A DNA stretch of 64,000 bases, from the NCBI GenBank assembly GCA_027078545.1, contig JALWXN010000004.1:224001-288000 (forward strand). Reading direction: 5' to 3'. The stretch is from Nitrososphaeria archaeon (lineage in GTDB: Archaea; Thermoproteota; Nitrososphaeria; Geothermarchaeales; JDFR-13). Made by a program: the position numbers and the translations under genes. Shown one piece after another: positions 35,539-43,880 of the stretch. Within the stretch, counting starts at the first letter, position 1, and every line of letters begins with the position of its first letter. The notes under the pieces were generated by a model, which searched no databases, was not told the origin of the DNA, and was given only the letters and a program-made list of their open reading frames with translations.

Positions 35539-38392
35539 GGAGTATCTAAGAAGGGTTCTTGAGAGGGAGGAACGCCTCTCTAGGGAGATTGTTGAGGAGG
35601 GGGTTTTTGAGGCGGATCCTGATGGGAGGCCTAAGTTGCTGGTTACCTTTCCATATCCCTATATGAATGGCTCTCTACATCTGGGCCATGCATATACATC
35701 TGGTAGGCTGGATGTATATGCTAGGTATAAGAGGCTGAAGGGCTTCAACGTCCTATATCCCTGGGCGTGGCACTGGACGGGTGAGGCTGTATATGGTACT
35801 GTCCATAGGCTGAGGATGGGTGACCAGTCAGTTATAAGTAGGCTTGTCGACCTAGACGGTGTGGATCCAGAGGATCTTGAGAAGCTCCAGGATCCAGTAT
35901 ACTTCGTCAAGTATTTCACGGAGAAGAATAGGCGTGTTGTCAAGAGGTATGGCCTATCTATAGACTGGAGGAGGGAGTTCCACACAACTAGTCTTCACGA
36001 GCTCTATAACAAGTTTGTGGAGTGGCAGATTAGGCAGCTCTACAACAAGGGGTACATTGTCCAGGGGAGCCACCCAGTGGTCTGGTGCCCCGTCGACCAG
36101 AGCCCCACCGGTGATCATGATAGGCTTGAGGGGGAGGGTGTCAGGCCCGAGGAATACTACCTGATAAAGTTTAGGTTGGGTGATGCCTACATAGTTGCTG
36201 GAACCCTAAGGCCAGAGACGATATATGGGGTTACAAATATCTGGGTCAACCCTGAGGCCAAATATGTCCTGGCTGATGTTGATGGGGAGAGGTGGATAGT
36301 TAGTAGTGATGCTGCGTATAAGCTTCAGAACCAGCTGAAACGAGTGGAGGTGTTGGAGGAGTTTGTGGGGAGGGATCTGGTTGGTAAGTGGGCCGAGGCT
36401 CCGCTGGTTGGTAGGAAGGTGCCTATCCTACCAGCCGCATTTGTAGATCCAACCTCGATAACGGGCGTCGTCTATAGTGTACCCGCCCATGCCCCATATG
36501 ACTACGCAGCTCTTAGGGATGTGGCTAGGGGGGTCTATGGGGAGGAGTTAGCGGCTATCGCTAGGGATATCAAGCCTATACAGGTCTTGGTTATCAGGGG
36601 TAAGGGATTCGGCCAGTTCCCCGCTGTGGAGATTGTTGAGAGGATGGGTATTGAGAGTCAGAATGATCCTAGGCTTGAGAAGGCGACGAAGGAGATCTAT
36701 CACCAGGAGTATGTGAATGGATATATGTTGGAGGATAACAGGTTTGTGGGGGGCCTCCCAACTGGTGAGGCTAGGGAGAAGACTTTTGAGATCCTCAGGG
36801 ATATGGGCCTCGCCGATAAGATGTATGACCTCCCCGAGCCGGTTATATGTAGATGTACCGCTAGATGTATCGTCAAGATCCTCCCCGATCAATGGTTCTT
36901 GAAATACTCTGATCCTGGGTGGAAGAGGCAGGCCCATAGGGCTGTCGACGATATGTCGTGCTTCCCTGAGGAGGTGAGGAGTCTCCTCCACCACTATATA
37001 GACTGGTATGAGGACTGGCCGTGTACCAGGAGGTCTGGCCTGGGTACGCCCTTCCCATTTGATAGGGAGTGGATAGTGGAGACCCTGACCGACTCTACCA
37101 TCTACCCAGCGTTCTACACTGTAGCCAAGTTCTATAACCAGGGGTTGTTGAAGGCTGATAGGGTTGGGGATGAGTTCTTCAACTATGTATTCCTTGGGAT
37201 GGGTAATGTGGACCACGTCTCCGAGTCTAGTGGTGTGGATAGGGAGGTTCTCGAGAGGATTAGGGAGGAGTTCCTATACTGGTACCCAGTAGATCTCAGG
37301 GGGTCTGGGAAGGACTTGATAAGTAATCATCTCACCTTCTATGTCTTCCACCACGTAGCCATCTTCCCCAGGGATAAGTGGCCAAGGGGGATAACCGCGA
37401 ATGGATTTACACGTCTAAATGGTAGGCCGATGTCCAAGTCTAGTGGAAACTACATATCTATGGAGAAGGCTATCGAGACCGTGAGTGCCGATGCTCTCAG
37501 GCTCTCGATCCTCATGACTGTAGATGGCCTTGACGATCCCGACTGGAGGGTGTCGAGTGGATACGCGGCGTTGCAGAGGATGCAGAGGATAGAGCGCCTA
37601 GTTGAAAAGGTGGTTGGTCTGGAGGAGGACGGTGGAGACGAGTTCTTCGACACCTGGCTAAAGTCGAAGTTCTCCGAGATAGTCAACGAGGTGGAGGAGG
37701 CTCTGGAGAAGATGGAGGTTGCCAGGGCTGCGAGGCTGATCTTCAATGAGCTGTTGAACTCTATTGAGAAGTATATGTCTATTGTCGCCAAGCCTAACAA
37801 GGGGCTTGTTATGAGTATTGCTACAGACTTTGTCAAGCTGATATCGATGTATACCCCCTTCCTAGCCCAGTACCTATGGAGAGATGTCCTGGGCATGGAT
37901 GGGTATGTATATTTCTCCGAGTATCCTAGGGGCTGGGAGGTTGATGAGAAGTCTCTATTGATAGATGGGTATATGGAGGAGGTTGTGAGGGATATTAAGG
38001 AGCTCGTCAGGGTTCTGGGTGGTGCTAGGGAGATACATGTTGTTGTGGCTGGTGATAAGCTATGGTCGGTCTTCAGCGAGGCTGCTGATCAGGAGCTCGA
38101 GGGTGCACGGAGGATTATACGTTCTAGGCTTGGTGATGGTAAGGTCTTGGGCAGTGTTATGAAGTTCGTCTCTAGGGAGTGGTATGGTAGGAGGGTGAAG
38201 TACCTAGGCCTCCTCAAGTCTATGTCTGCCGAGGAGGAGTATAATGTTCTTAGGAGTCTCTTGCCAAGGTATTTGAAGATTCACGGGCTAGACGTGGCTG
38301 TCAAGGTTTATAGGGAGGGTGAGGAGCTGGCTGTTGATGTGAAGAGTAGGAAGATGGCCTTCCCATTATACCCCGCTATATACGTGGCATGA
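35507..38392 (+). CDS. leuS: Leucyl-tRNA synthetase (archaeal/eukaryal type)
   Basis: FPYPYMNGSLHLGH (HIGH), DHDR..GEG, TLRPET, SVPAHAPYDY, GKDLI.NHL and PMSKS (KMSKS). Start approximate. Confidence 0.96.
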   Translation: MSREKEGSPHEEYLRRVLEREERLSREIVEEGVFEADPDGRPKLLVTFPYPYMNGSLHLGHAYTSGRLDVYARYKRLKGFNVLYPWAWHWTGEAVYGTVHRLRMGDQSVISRLVDLDGVDPEDLEKLQDPVYFVKYFTEKNRRVVKRYGLSIDWRREFHTTSLHELYNKFVEWQIRQLYNKGYIVQGSHPVVWCPVDQSPTGDHDRLEGEGVRPEEYYLIKFRLGDAYIVAGTLRPETIYGVTNIWVNPEAKYVLADVDGERWIVSSDAAYKLQNQLKRVEVLEEFVGRDLVGKWAEAPLVGRKVPILPAAFVDPTSITGVVYSVPAHAPYDYAALRDVARGVYGEELAAIARDIKPIQVLVIRGKGFGQFPAVEIVERMGIESQNDPRLEKATKEIYHQEYVNGYMLEDNRFVGGLPTGEAREKTFEILRDMGLADKMYDLPEPVICRCTARCIVKILPDQWFLKYSDPGWKRQAHRAVDDMSCFPEEVRSLLHHYIDWYEDWPCTRRSGLGTPFPFDREWIVETLTDSTIYPAFYTVAKFYNQGLLKADRVGDEFFNYVFLGMGNVDHVSESSGVDREVLERIREEFLYWYPVDLRGSGKDLISNHLTFYVFHHVAIFPRDKWPRGITANGFTRLNGRPMSKSSGNYISMEKAIETVSADALRLSILMTVDGLDDPDWRVSSGYAALQRMQRIERLVEKVVGLEEDGGDEFFDTWLKSKFSEIVNEVEEALEKMEVARAARLIFNELLNSIEKYMSIVAKPNKGLVMSIATDFVKLISMYTPFLAQYLWRDVLGMDGYVYFSEYPRGWEVDEKSLLIDGYMEEVVRDIKELVRVLGGAREIHVVVAGDKLWSVFSEAADQELEGARRIIRSRLGDGKVLGSVMKFVSREWYGRRVKYLGLLKSMSAEEEYNVLRSLLPRYLKIHGLDVAVKVYREGEELAVDVKSRKMAFPLYPAIYVA

Positions 38393-38443
38393 GTCTATAG
38401 GTGTATATCTAATAAATATTGGGTCGCTGCAGCATCTCTATAG

Positions 38444-38540
38444 GGGCCCGTGGCCTAGCCTGGACTAGGGCGGCGGCCTTCTAGCTATGTCCATGGTGGA
38501 TAGCCGCAGATCCCGGGTTCGAATCCCGGCGGGCCCGCCA
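38444..38540 (+). tRNA. tRNA-Arg(TCT) with an 18-nt intron at 37/38 (38484-38501)
   Basis: GCGGC-CT TCT A[GCTATGTCCATGGTGGAT]A-GCCGC; ends GCCA. Confidence 0.94.
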
Positions 38541-38541
38541 T

Positions 38542-38967
38542 CTAAAGCTCCCTGTATGACTCGGCCAGTGGATGGCCTTTTGTGGAGAGGCTGAAGGCCT
38601 TATACCATCCGAAGGGGGCCCTATAAACCTCTACCCCGTATCCAGAGAGCTTCTTCGCCAGTATCTTTATGAGTCTAAGGGCCTTCCGGGGATCCTCGAG
38701 CCTCGATGATAGGTGGGCATATGGATAGATAAGTATCTTCTCCGCACCGATCTTTGAGGAGTGGCTAACCAGGTCTTCCAGCCCCTTGAAGATCTCCTCC
38801 CTCCTCTCCCAGTCCCCCTCCTCCACGGTGGTGAAGCATACGAGAATATCTTCATAGGAATTGTCTATAGTGTTCTGATCCACCTCGTCCCTCGCTGGGG
38901 ATAGTGGGCCGTGTTCTGTCAGGACTCTATAGCTGAATCTCTCGGCGTGTATTAGGAGCATCCTCAT
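38542..38967 (-). CDS. Stand-alone archaeal ThrRS editing domain (DTD-like fold)
   Basis: MRMLLIHA, VEEGD, IYPYAHLS, RAPFGWYKAF and KGHPLAE, then a stop codon. Confidence 0.92.
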   Translation of the reverse strand: MRMLLIHAERFSYRVLTEHGPLSPARDEVDQNTIDNSYEDILVCFTTVEEGDWERREEIFKGLEDLVSHSSKIGAEKILIYPYAHLSSRLEDPRKALRLIKILAKKLSGYGVEVYRAPFGWYKAFSLSTKGHPLAESYREL

Positions 38968-39008
38968 AGGGCTTCAAATATGTTTCTAGTCCTCGCCATT
39001 GTATATAG

Positions 39009-40154
39009 ATGGATATGGAGAGGGTCATCCTCTACCCTGATAGGGAGTATGAGCCCTTCCTGGCCTATCTCCACATCTATGCTCCTCCACTTGCTTGGAG
39101 ACTGTTGGGCCCCTCCATCCTAGAGGTATTGTCCCAGGACTATGAAGTCTCGTATAGGGTGGCTGGTCTGTGGGTTGGATACATACCTAATAAGAGAGTT
39201 CCTGTGGAGGTGGTTGGCGATGATGACGACGGATTATTCTTAGTAGAGAATATCATGGGCTCCCCGGGAGGGCTCGTGAGGCTGGTGGATGACGTCTTCA
39301 ACCTAGGGGGGTCGGTTAGGATAGTGTATAATGATATCTTGGTGGGTTGGCTGGGGAGTGGTGAGGGGGAGGAGGTGGATATTACTGGCTATGGGCTGAC
39401 CATTTTCAGGAGGCCTTGGGACTTGGTGGATTTCCTAGGCAGTAGGCTCTTCCCATCAGTCTTGGCCGAGGTGGCAGAATACCTGGGACTGGAAGAGGTT
39501 GTTGAGGGTCTCTATATAGGGAGGGATGTGGAGATAGACCTTGACAAGACATATGTCGATGTGGATGAGGGGCCGATACTCATCCTGGATGGCTCTGAGG
39601 TCATAGGCTTCAACCACCTGGTTGGCCCCCTCATAATAGGTGAGTCTTCATGGGTATATGGGGCTAAGCTTAGTAGATCCATAGTAGGCCCTGTATGTAA
39701 GCTGGGTGGGGAGGTCTCGGACTCGGTTATCCTTGGATATACGAACTCGGCTCACCACTCCTATGTCGGGCATAGTGTACTGGGGTTCTGGGTGAATATC
39801 GGTGCCGGCACCGTCCTCAGTGATCTGAAGAATACCTATGGAGAGGTTAGGGTGAAGTGGGGTGGTGGGGTCTCTACTGGTAGGATTAAGCTAGGCTCGT
39901 TCTTAGGTGATCATGTCAAGACTAGTATTAACTCCTCTGTATATGGCGGGTCGGTGGTGGGGCTTTCTACTCATCTCCATGGCTTGGTGGATAGGAGTGT
40001 GTCTCCCTTCAGGATCTTCAGGGATGGTGATGAGGTCTTGATGGATATTGATAAGGCTATGGAGATTGCCCGGAGGATGTATAGTAGGAGGGGTGTGGAG
40101 TGGGAGGATGGTGAGGATGGTCTCTGGCGTAATAGGTATCTGATGTTTGTCTAG
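39009..40154 (+). CDS. GlmU-like protein with left-handed beta-helix (putative sugar nucleotidyl/acetyltransferase)
   Basis: PWDLV, CKLGGEV..S, N.AH..YVGHSVLG.WVNIGAGT..SDLKNTYG and KLGSFLGDHVKTSIN. Confidence 0.8.
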   Translation: MDMERVILYPDREYEPFLAYLHIYAPPLAWRLLGPSILEVLSQDYEVSYRVAGLWVGYIPNKRVPVEVVGDDDDGLFLVENIMGSPGGLVRLVDDVFNLGGSVRIVYNDILVGWLGSGEGEEVDITGYGLTIFRRPWDLVDFLGSRLFPSVLAEVAEYLGLEEVVEGLYIGRDVEIDLDKTYVDVDEGPILILDGSEVIGFNHLVGPLIIGESSWVYGAKLSRSIVGPVCKLGGEVSDSVILGYTNSAHHSYVGHSVLGFWVNIGAGTVLSDLKNTYGEVRVKWGGGVSTGRIKLGSFLGDHVKTSINSSVYGGSVVGLSTHLHGLVDRSVSPFRIFRDGDEVLMDIDKAMEIARRMYSRRGVEWEDGEDGLWRNRYLMFV

Positions 40155-40642
40155 TCCCCCTCCTCCCATCTCGTCTTACGTCTCAGATATTCCTCGAGAC
40201 TGTATCTAGGCTTTGCTGGGTTTCCATATACGACGGTCTCTGGCGGCACGTCCCTCGTCACTACTGCCCCCATCCCTATGACGGCTCTCCTCCCGATCCT
40301 CACCCCAGCCTTTATCATTGCTCCAGCCCCTATCACGGCGCCGTCTTCTATCACTGTGCCTATGAGCCTCTTGGAGGGTGGGTATGGGTCATTCGTGATT
40401 ATGACGCCTGGGCCTATGAAGACGTCGTCGCCTATCACTGTTAGGGGGGGTATGTAGACCATGCCCTCTATCATGCATCGGCTACCGATCTTGACGTTGT
40501 AGTCGATATGGACTAGCGAGCCTATCTTTGTGTCATCCCCGATCTCGGTGTTGTCCCCGATGTAGGTGAAGTGCCATATCTTCACGTTCCTACCAAGCTT
40601 GACGTTCCTCCCTATATGGTTTATTGGGTGTCGGCTATCCAT
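40151..40642 (-). CDS. Hexapeptide-repeat sugar N-acetyltransferase (WbpD/WxcM-like)
   Basis: KIWHFTYI, IGDDVFIGPGVIITND.YP and GAVVTRDVP..TVVYGNPAK. Confidence 0.88.
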   Translation of the reverse strand: MDSRHPINHIGRNVKLGRNVKIWHFTYIGDNTEIGDDTKIGSLVHIDYNVKIGSRCMIEGMVYIPPLTVIGDDVFIGPGVIITNDPYPPSKRLIGTVIEDGAVIGAGAMIKAGVRIGRRAVIGMGAVVTRDVPPETVVYGNPAKPRYSLEEYLRRKTRWEEGD

Positions 40643-40724
40643 GTCTAATATATTTCCCTTGGCTCTCCGTTAAATCACCGGGGAAAGGGTTAAAAGTCTT
40701 GCTTATAGAATCTTTGGCTTGGGT

Positions 40725-40847
40725 AGCCCCGTGGTGTAGCGGCCAAGCATGCCGACCCCTATGTGGGGGCGTAGGGCTTTGGATCCCCGGCTGGTGCCGG
40801 GTAGGGGATCCCCGGTGACCCCGGTTCGAATCCGGGCGGGGCTACCA
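40725..40847 (+). tRNA. tRNA-Gln(TTG) with two introns: 20 nt at 29/30 (40755-40774) and 27 nt at 37/38 (40783-40809)
   Basis: A1-U72 acceptor stem AGCCCCG/CGGGGCT. Intron 1 BHB is ATGC/GCGT with bulges CGA and AGG and stem CCCC/GGGG. Spliced arm CCGGG-CT TTG GC-CCCGG. Confidence 0.9.
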
Positions 40848-40852
40848 CTCCT

Positions 40853-42478
40853 CTAGATCTTGGTGAGCTTGTTTAGGAGTATCTCGAACCTGGTTATTAG
40901 TTCCTCCCTGTCGCGGCGGTAGGTCTCCTGGTCGATAAGCTTCTTCCGCCTAGACTCTTCTAGGTCGTTCAGCTTCTTCCACGTCTCCTCCAGCTCCTCC
41001 ACATCCCTTATTACCCTGGCTATCTCGTCGTTCTCTGCGGCTAGTTTCTTCACCCTGTTCCTCAGGCTTGAGAGCCTCCTCCTAACGTCTCTTATCTCCT
41101 TGTTGAGCTGGCTCCTCCTCCTGAGGAACTCTCTATCCTTCAGCCTTCCCTCGCTATACTCCTTCTCGAGCTCTAGGATCTTCTTCATCAGGTTTGCCTC
41201 CTCGAGGTATTGGTCTATGAAGCGTCTCACGTCTTCTGGTAGGTCCTGTAGCAGTATCTTCCTGATCCTTGTGTAGGTTGCAGCCGCTATCCCGATTATG
41301 ATGATGGATGAGAGTATGTATGTTAGGCCGTAGTCCTCGATGATGTCGGTCAGGCTTATTGTTATCTCACCAACCACCTTTATGTCTTCTTCATAGTCTG
41401 TGTAGTACTCCACAGACTCCTCGTATCCCGTGTCGGGTATCGCCACCCTGAATATGTCTGCTGGTATCGTGGTGGGGTTGGGTAGTGAGATGTTGTATTT
41501 AATGGTTGGTGTCAGGCCGGGTATGACCTCTATCGACTCATTGATCGTGAAGCTTATCTCCATGGTTAGCGTCTCATTTGGCTTTATGTGGTATGGCGTC
41601 AAGACCTTGTATACCCTACCTGTAAACTCGTAGTCCAAGGGCCTGCCCAGCTGGGTCTTCACCTCAACTATGTCATAGGTCTTATTGAGGAATATCTCGG
41701 TATTGGAGGGCCATACTATCAGGTCTCTATTGGTTATGGATAGGTTCATCACTCCGCGTAGGAATCCCCTGGGATCTGCGTCCAGCGTTATCTCTACAGC
41801 TGTATCGGCTATTAGTAGTGATACTCTCTCCTCACTCACCTGTTGTAGCGGGAAGGTCTCTATCTCCGTCTCATCCATGAGGAGTAGCTCTGTCTCTGTT
41901 AGTATGCGTGATATCTGGTACTGCTCCGGGGTCACCCCCTCAGGTGAGGATCTCACCTGTGAGAAGCCTGGTGGGAGCTCCTCATCAACACCTTTAACGT
42001 CCAGCCCAGGCCTGAACTCGAAGTCTTGCTGGTTGGTCTCGAGGTTCGTCTCGAGATATGTTAGGACCTCTACCGTGTATCTACCCTTTGTATCTGGCTT
42101 CACGGCCTCTGGCTTATAGATCTCGATTATAAGGTTCTCACCTAGTTGGGCGGTGTCTACCTCTAGTACCCCATTACTATATGTGAATTCAACCTCGGCT
42201 CTCTCATCATCGGTCCGTGTATATACTTTTAGATAGTCATTCTCTCCAATGTAGTCCTCGGGTAGGTTTGCAGTTATTGTATCTACAGATTTGAGCCCGT
42301 CACCAGCCAGGGTTATCTTTATATACAGGTTACCGCCTCCAGACTCGACCGAGGCTTCTATAGACTGCCTGACGTCTCCCTGGCTGGCTGCCGGGGGGAT
42401 TATGAGGATGGTTATGAGTATTGCCAATATAATGAATAGGCTGGCTCTAGCCTGGTTAGAAGGTGGCATCTCGACCAC
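40853..42478 (-). CDS. Single-pass membrane protein (signal peptide, large extracellular domain, TM, cytoplasmic helical domain); ribophorin-I-like architecture
   Basis: Hydrophobic signal ending PPAASQ. About 350 aa acidic, beta-rich region with several NxS/T sequons. TM YILSSIIIIGIAAATY. About 135 aa charged helical tail. Confidence 0.7.
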   Translation of the reverse strand: MVEMPPSNQARASLFIILAILITILIIPPAASQGDVRQSIEASVESGGGNLYIKITLAGDGLKSVDTITANLPEDYIGENDYLKVYTRTDDERAEVEFTYSNGVLEVDTAQLGENLIIEIYKPEAVKPDTKGRYTVEVLTYLETNLETNQQDFEFRPGLDVKGVDEELPPGFSQVRSSPEGVTPEQYQISRILTETELLLMDETEIETFPLQQVSEERVSLLIADTAVEITLDADPRGFLRGVMNLSITNRDLIVWPSNTEIFLNKTYDIVEVKTQLGRPLDYEFTGRVYKVLTPYHIKPNETLTMEISFTINESIEVIPGLTPTIKYNISLPNPTTIPADIFRVAIPDTGYEESVEYYTDYEEDIKVVGEITISLTDIIEDYGLTYILSSIIIIGIAAATYTRIRKILLQDLPEDVRRFIDQYLEEANLMKKILELEKEYSEGRLKDREFLRRRSQLNKEIRDVRRRLSSLRNRVKKLAAENDEIARVIRDVEELEETWKKLNDLEESRRKKLIDQETYRRDREELITRFEILLNKLTKI

Positions 42479-42524
42479 TTAATTGTTATTTTCGATTAGA
42501 TGAGTATATAAGGTTTGGCGGCCG

Positions 42525-43880
42525 GTGGTCTGGATGACATTCCTCCCCAGCCCTAGCGATGTTGAGGCTATTCTGAATGAGCTGGGATTTAAGGATCTCG
42601 ATAGTTTCATGGAGAGTATACTGGGGGGATTCATCACTGAGATCCCGGGTGAGGATCTCCCCTCTATGGATCAGCCCTCTCTCCTCCGATATATGGAGGA
42701 TCTCTCAAAGAGAAACAGGGTCTATAGTCCTGAGAAGGTGTATGCTGGGTGGGGTGTGGAGCCTGCCTTTGTGTATCCAGCCACGAAGTATCTAGTCGGT
42801 AGGGGGGAGTTCCTCACCTCGTATACCCCGTATCAGCCCGAGATGAGTCAGGGGATGCTCCAGGCTCTGTATGAGTATCAAAGTGTGATGGCTGAGCTCC
42901 TAGGTCTTGAGGTGGTCAACTCTTCCATGTATGATGGCGCCTCTGCCCTTGCCGAGGCTATATTACTGGCTTACCGTGTTGCTGGCCGTCCCAGGATCCT
43001 CCTGCCTAAGACCCTGCCTCCCCACCTGTCCCGTGTTGTGGATACCTATCTATATGGGGCTGGATTAGAGACCGTCAACTATGAGGACCCAACCATCAAC
43101 AGTGATTCTCTCTCAATGGTTGAGTCCCTACTCAGGGAGGGTGTGTCTGCACTGGTATTTGAGTTCCCATCCTCTCTCGGATATCTATATGAGGATGTTG
43201 ATAAGCTGGCGGATCTTGTCCATAGCTATGGAGCCTTGTTCATAGTATATACGGATTTATGGTCTACGCCGATAGTGGCTCCCCCAGGTGATATTGGTGC
43301 GGATGTGGCGGTGGCTGAGGGACAGCCCATGGGTCTATACATGGGTGCTGGAGGTCCACTTCTAGGTGTCTTCGCTGTCAGGGGTGAGCAGAGGCTTATT
43401 AGGAATATGCCCGGCAGGCTGATAGGGGAGACTAGAACCATGGATGGGGATAAGGCATACACCATGATTCTACAGACTAGGGAGCAGCATATACGTAGGG
43501 CCAACGCCACATCCAACATATGTACCAATGAGGCGTTGAGCGCTGTCCAGGTTCTAATCAATATGCTTATCATGGGTAGGGGCGGACTGGTTAGTAAGTC
43601 TCTCGAGATGATGGAGCTGGCCCATAGGCTGGCTGACATGCTTGAGAGATATGGGGGCTCGCAGCCCTCGTCATCACCGTTCCATAGGAGATTCACAATG
43701 GTCTTTGACGATGTGGATCTGAATAAGCTGTATGATCGGCTTAGGGGGCTGGGTTATCTCCCGGGTAACCTATCGGGCTATGGCCTTAGCATGAATATCA
43801 ACTTCTTCCACACGGTGGAGGCTATAGAGGAGTTTGCATCTAGTGTGGGGGTGGTTATAGAGGATGTTCAGACAGGCTAG
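42525..43880 (+). CDS. gcvPA: Glycine dehydrogenase (decarboxylating) subunit 1
   Basis: EFLTSYTPYQPE.SQG.LQ, NSSMYDGASALAEA and LQTREQHIRR..ATSNICTN. Confidence 0.96.
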   Translation: MVWMTFLPSPSDVEAILNELGFKDLDSFMESILGGFITEIPGEDLPSMDQPSLLRYMEDLSKRNRVYSPEKVYAGWGVEPAFVYPATKYLVGRGEFLTSYTPYQPEMSQGMLQALYEYQSVMAELLGLEVVNSSMYDGASALAEAILLAYRVAGRPRILLPKTLPPHLSRVVDTYLYGAGLETVNYEDPTINSDSLSMVESLLREGVSALVFEFPSSLGYLYEDVDKLADLVHSYGALFIVYTDLWSTPIVAPPGDIGADVAVAEGQPMGLYMGAGGPLLGVFAVRGEQRLIRNMPGRLIGETRTMDGDKAYTMILQTREQHIRRANATSNICTNEALSAVQVLINMLIMGRGGLVSKSLEMMELAHRLADMLERYGGSQPSSSPFHRRFTMVFDDVDLNKLYDRLRGLGYLPGNLSGYGLSMNINFFHTVEAIEEFASSVGVVIEDVQTG

